DNA of 36,687 bases from Psammoneis japonica (taxonomy: Eukaryota): assembly GCA_008632985.1 (NCBI GenBank), contig QPGO01000374.1:1-36687 (forward strand), read 5' to 3'. Made by a program: the position numbers and the translations under genes. Below the pieces are notes generated by a model. The model worked only from the letters and a program-made list of their open reading frames with translations. It had not been told where the DNA came from and searched no databases. Every line of letters begins with the position of its first letter. Position 1 is the stretch's first letter. Of the stretch, positions 32,501 to 36,687 are shown piece by piece.

Positions 32501-33723
32501 GAAGGACAAGGACCGCAACGACGACTGGAACAGAGACAAGGTGGACATTCCCATCAATGAGATGAAGGTTTGCAGCAAAGAAAGCACAAGCAAAGCTGGA
32601 TTTTGAGACATTCATGAAATCACATTGCTTCTGGAAAGAACTCACAAAACCCAAGAACTTGCCTCTTCCAGCGTGTGACAGAATCACTCCAATGCATGAC
32701 GGCTGTTGGAATGTTGCCAAATGCAGATCCGACGTCAAGACCCAATGTTGTCAAGCACAAGCCGCTTGCATTCCTGATGATGCTGCAGGTGCAAAGTCAT
32801 TTGACCGCGTGCAAATGACAGTGTTGTCTGACGTGCACAAGGGAGCTCAGAACTTCCTTGCAAGCAACGATCCAGACAAGTGCGATTCTCTAGAGAAGTG
32901 TCGCGACCGCGCCCGTCGTGCTTTGACATTCCGCAAACTGCCACTTCGATCATCAAGGATTTTTGAGAGGCTGTCAAAACAAGAACAAACCGTGAGCAGA
33001 TCAAGAGCACCTGCAGCAATGCCACCAGCGACTCCTGCAAAGCCTTCAGAAGGGAGGCGGTGGCTCCGAGGCTCTGTTGAAAAAGAGGAAACTGCCACAA
33101 TTGCAAGAGAGACTCTCAAGTCACCAAAGCGTGGCATGCTTCATGCTCTCACAAGCAATCCCAAGACTCTTGACCAAGATTTTGCTTCCAAGCACTTCAA
33201 GAGCTGCCAAGGTGTGCCTGTTCCTCGAGTGTGTCCAAACACTGGCAGCGAGTCTGGATCCGGGGCCGTGGGACGTTGCGTTCTTTGCAAAAAAAAGACC
33301 AACTTCTGCTGCTCAGACTGCAGGAACTGGTTTTGTCATTGCAGGTCTTGCCCCAGCAACACAGGACCTCCCCATTTTGAAGACGCCGCGACGTGTCAAG
33401 ACGGAAAGCAGCAAATCACGGGTGAGTGCACGTGCTTCATGCAGCGTCATCCAACAATTGCACCTGAGTTGGAAAAAAGACACAGAACAGAACAAGTGGC
33501 AAAACAAGGGAACAATGCACAAGAACAATGGACTTTTCAACTGTGCTGGACATGGAAAGTCATTCGACCACTCGACTTGCCGATTCTCTCAATGGCGTGG
33601 CGGAGCTGCCAGCGAGTCAAACATTTCCTTCAAAACTTGTCTTTGCAAGGTGCTTCTGGCACTTCGTCCAGAACAGAAACAAGCGACACCTTTCCCGATC
33701 ATCTTGCTGACACACTTTGTTGA
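29588..33723 (+). pseudogene. Decayed piggyBac-like DDD transposase with embedded YqaJ/lambda-exonuclease (PD-(D/E)XK) domain and C-terminal Cys-rich domain
   Basis: Same-frame ORFs 29588/30143/31061 separated by single stops. Motifs: PDNDK, FCSDHGC (DRGY-like), TENQ...EWF..R....SS, KDSPD...EMK, Q..HH, WN..K..SD, and CVLC-x4-TNFCCSDC..WFCH. Probable intron 32249-32330; frameshift ~32570. The true C-terminus may end near 33500. Confidence 0.7.
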
Positions 33724-34071
33724 AGCACTGTCATGCTTGCACGATGCCGTCAATTTCGGCCACTGCAAACAATGTCCGAGGGTGTGGAAGCAACAACAAC
33801 AAGGGAAAACGTGCTGTCAGTTGAAGTTTCAAAAAAAAGGCTTTGTCGTTGCAAGTCTCCATTGATGCCAACTTGCCACAACCTTTGCGAAGTGCCGCAA
33901 GAGAGATTGCTGCTGCGACACCAACTCAGGCTTGAGCGCGCGCCTTCGCAAACGATGCAACCTCCATGGTTGGTTGCTGTTTTTTCTCGTGCTAAAAGCA
34001 CGGGAAGTTTTGATGGCAGACAGACTCAAAGAAAAAGTCTGCGCAGATTTTCAGCATGTTCTACGAGGGCC

Positions 34072-34643
34072 TCTGTTGTGCTGCATCGTTTGGTCGTGGC
34101 GCCAGAACCCCGGGTGCGGCACCCGGTTTTTTTTTTTAATTTTTTTAATGCGGAAATTATGCATTCGACCAAGAAATTGATTTTTTCATACGGAGCACTA
34201 ACATTTTCGGCTACTTTGTTCGGCATTACGTGCCAACACTCTTTCGATGTAACATAACGCCACCCTCTCACACTCTGTATGGTTCTGAAAGATTTCTCAA
34301 TAGAAAACCAACGGCAAAGTGTGCACTCTACAAGAGATACAGCTGTCACCAGAAACAGGGCGTGGCGCCCGGGTTTTTCATTTTTGGATATATCAACCTC
34401 ATTTTGATCTTCAATTATTTAAGTAAGAGCACATATATGAGGCCCGAAATGATTGTAAACAATCGTGTTGACATCTTATCGATTCAACGGACGCATGTGT
34501 CATTTGTCAACGGCTATTGTTCCGTATTAAAAACAGTAATTTCTTGGTCGAATGCATAATTTCCTTGTTAAAAAAATTTAAAAAAAAAACGGGTGCCGCA
34601 CCCGGGGTTCTGGCGCCACGACTAAACGATGCGGCACAATAGA
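34072..34643. repeat. ~106-bp inverted repeat (34072-34178 / 34538-34643) around a ~360-bp AT-rich spacer
   Basis: gtcgtggcgccagaaccccgggtgcggcacccg...ggaaattatgcattcgaccaagaaatt occurs in both orientations. Confidence 0.93.
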
Positions 34644-34687
34644 AATCTATTGTGCCGCATGCGGCACCATGCGCACATGCGGGTTAA
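34629..34687 (+). mobile_element. Putative piggyBac-type right terminus (hairpin followed by GGG|TTAA)
   Basis: Hairpin atgcggcacaatag-aaat-ctattgtgccgcat (34629-34660), then GGG 34681-34683 and TTAA 34684-34687, at the edge of a compositional island. No matching left end found. Confidence 0.5.
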
Positions 34688-35330
34688 AAAAGACTCATGG
34701 CATTTTGCTGTTCTTTAGAGGTGTGATTGCACAGCTCTCAACATTCCAGTTTTCTTTGAGGGTGGGATTGTGTCACATGTCATTCGGGAAGCGTTGTCAC
34801 AGCGCTCTTGCTTGCGGGTTCATGCCTTGTCCTGACAGAGGCTGGAAAGAATGTCTCGCCTTCTTCCCTCTTGCCATCACTGCAAATGAAGACAATGGCC
34901 AGAGTTCATCAGCCACACATCCTCAGTTCCGAGGGGTTCACTCTGGTGGCAAGTTTGATGACATGACTTGCTGGTGTCTCCAGCTGGAGCAACAAACTTG
35001 CTGTGGTGCATGATGCACAAGCCAGCGCCGCTTGAGAAACCAAAATGGATCATGTGGCGGTGCTCCAGATCATCATCATCACCATCAATGCACACTGGTT
35101 TAAGTTGCTGCCTGCATGACATGCACCCCAAATGCACTCAGCCTGCACTTGTTGAGTGGGTTCTTGACCCAAGTGTGGTGTCTTTGCAACCTTGATTTGG
35201 GGAGCTGCAAGCCATGTCTTGGGCAGCAGCAGCAGCCCCTTGCATGATTCCTCCACACAAGAAGATGCCCAGCTGCACAAGGTGTGAAAGCACCGTGCCC
35301 ACAGATGTGGCAAAAGAGGTTTGCAGCTGT

Positions 35331-35610
35331 CTTGGGATGGCATTGGAGGACTCCAGTGGATCCCAGAGGATGCAACAACAACAATGGCTGGGGAGCAAAG
35401 GTTTTGTCTTGTGTCCATGCAGCCCTTTGTCTCTCTGACATGACTGGGTTTCTTGGCCCAGCCACCCTGCCTGCAAAAACAAGAAAGCCATGTGTGTGAC
35501 AGCGCAAGTGCTCTGTTGTCTTGGGGCGGCCTTGGATGACTTGATCCGGCCCCAGAGAATGCAGCACCAACCATGGCTGGGAAGCAAAGGCCTTGTCTTG
35601 TGTCGGTGTG
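35331..35610. repeat. Diverged ~189-bp-period duplication preceding the satellite
   Basis: cttggg...cccagag.atgca.ca.caa.catggctggg.agcaaagg.ttgtcttgtgtc at ~35331 and ~35520. Confidence 0.7.
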
Positions 35611-35690
35611 GCACTTGGACCATTCAACTCCCTGCCACGGCTCTTCAAGGTTTGCCTTGGGTCTGCCAAAGACAGTCAATGATGTTTCAA

Positions 35691-36687
35691 CAACAGTTGT
35701 TGGGTGGGTGGGTGCACTCATGGTGTTGTTTCCATTCAGAAGTTGGGGCTCAAGTCTCACCCTGACATTTTGTGAAGTGACATGGGCTGCAGCTGAGGCA
35801 GGTTGGCTTTGAAACTCCCTGCCATGGCACTCAAAGTGTTGCCTGGGGTCCACAGAAGACATTCAACGGTGTTTGACAACAGTTGTTTGGTGTGTTGGCA
35901 CATTCATGATGTTGTTTCACTTTTGATTTTGGGGCTCAAGTCTCGCCCTGACATGTGAAGTGACATGTGGGCCACAGCTGAGCCAGGGTGGCTTTGCCAC
36001 TCCCTGCCATTGCTCTCAAAGTGTCACCTGGGGTCCACTGCATGCATTCAATGGTGTTTGACAACAGTTGTTTGGTGTGTTGGTGTGTTCATGATGTTGT
36101 TTCACTTCAGAAATTGGGGCTCAAGTCTCGCCCTGATGTTGTGAGGTGACACAGAGCCAGAGTTGCACCACGGCGGCTTTGAAGCTCCTCTGGCCATGGC
36201 TCTGAAAGTGTTGCCTGGGGTCCACTGCAGACATTCAATGGTGTTTGACAACAGTTGTTGGGTGGGTGGGTGCACACATGGTGCTGTTTCATTTCAGAAG
36301 TTGGGAATCAAGTCTCACCCTGACATTTTGTGAAGTGACATGGGTTGCAGCTGAGGCAGGTTGGCTTTGAAACTCCCTGCCATGGCACTCAAAGTGTTGC
36401 CTGGGGTCCAAAAAAGACATTCAATGGTGTTTGACAACAGCATTTGGTGCGCTGGCACATTCATGATGTTGTTTCACTTTTGATTTTGGGGCTCAAGTCT
36501 CACCCTGACATTTGTGAAGTGACATGGGCCACAGCTGAGCCAGGGTGGCTTTGCCACTTCCTGCCATTGCTCTTGAAGTGTCACCTGGGATCCACCACAT
36601 GCATTCGATGGTGTTTGACAACAGTTGTTGGGTGGGTGGGTGCACACATGGTGCTGTTTCACTTCAGAAGTTGGGAATCAAGTCTCA
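35691..36687. repeat. ~186-bp tandem repeat array, at least 5.4 copies, continuing past the window end
   Basis: caacag anchor at 35691, 35877, 36062, 36249, 36435 and 36619. Confidence 0.95.

Noticed and set aside
34062..34070. TA|CGAGGG as a mariner-type end
   Set aside because: No matching CCCTCG|TA partner found at the other side of the inverted repeat.
1..36687. Hundreds of 60-400 aa Cys/His/Gln-rich ORFs on both strands
   Set aside because: Expected by-product of TAA/TAG loss; no recognisable domains outside the TE frames.
1..36687. Alternative genetic code (TGY/CAY read as Tyr)
   Set aside because: The island gene uses TAY normally, the changes also affect non-coding LTRs and satellite, and paired LTRs differ from each other.
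35691..36687. CRISPR array or coding repeat
   Set aside because: Contiguous units without unique spacers, variable unit length with stops, and eukaryotic context.

Overview
Eukaryotic, repeat-rich window, most likely from a diatom (inferred from two CoDi-type Ty1/copia elements). It contains: (1) a full-length copia LTR retrotransposon (1246-8355) with 276-bp LTRs, an AAAGT target-site duplication (TSD) and an open 1889-codon gag-pol ORF; (2) a sharply bounded island of normal composition (~8930-13160) holding one ~1130-aa gene with a RanBP2-type zinc finger, broken by single-base homopolymer deletions; (3) a second, more decayed copia (19114-26771) with a ~1-kb insert flanked by a 17-bp duplication, whose empty site is visible in a paralogous repeat at the window start; (4) a decayed piggyBac-like transposase with a YqaJ/lambda-exonuclease domain inside it (29588-~33500), followed by a long inverted repeat and a GGG|TTAA end; (5) a ~186-bp tandem array running off the end. 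The main signal is a repeat-restricted mutational process that has nearly erased TpA (TA->TG/CA, i.e. A:T->G:C, opposite in direction to fungal RIP). It turns conserved Tyr into Cys/His, hits paired LTRs independently, appears to spare YTAR contexts and leaves the gene island untouched. It may be an undescribed RIP-like genome-defence system. All counts were made by eye and need computational confirmation.
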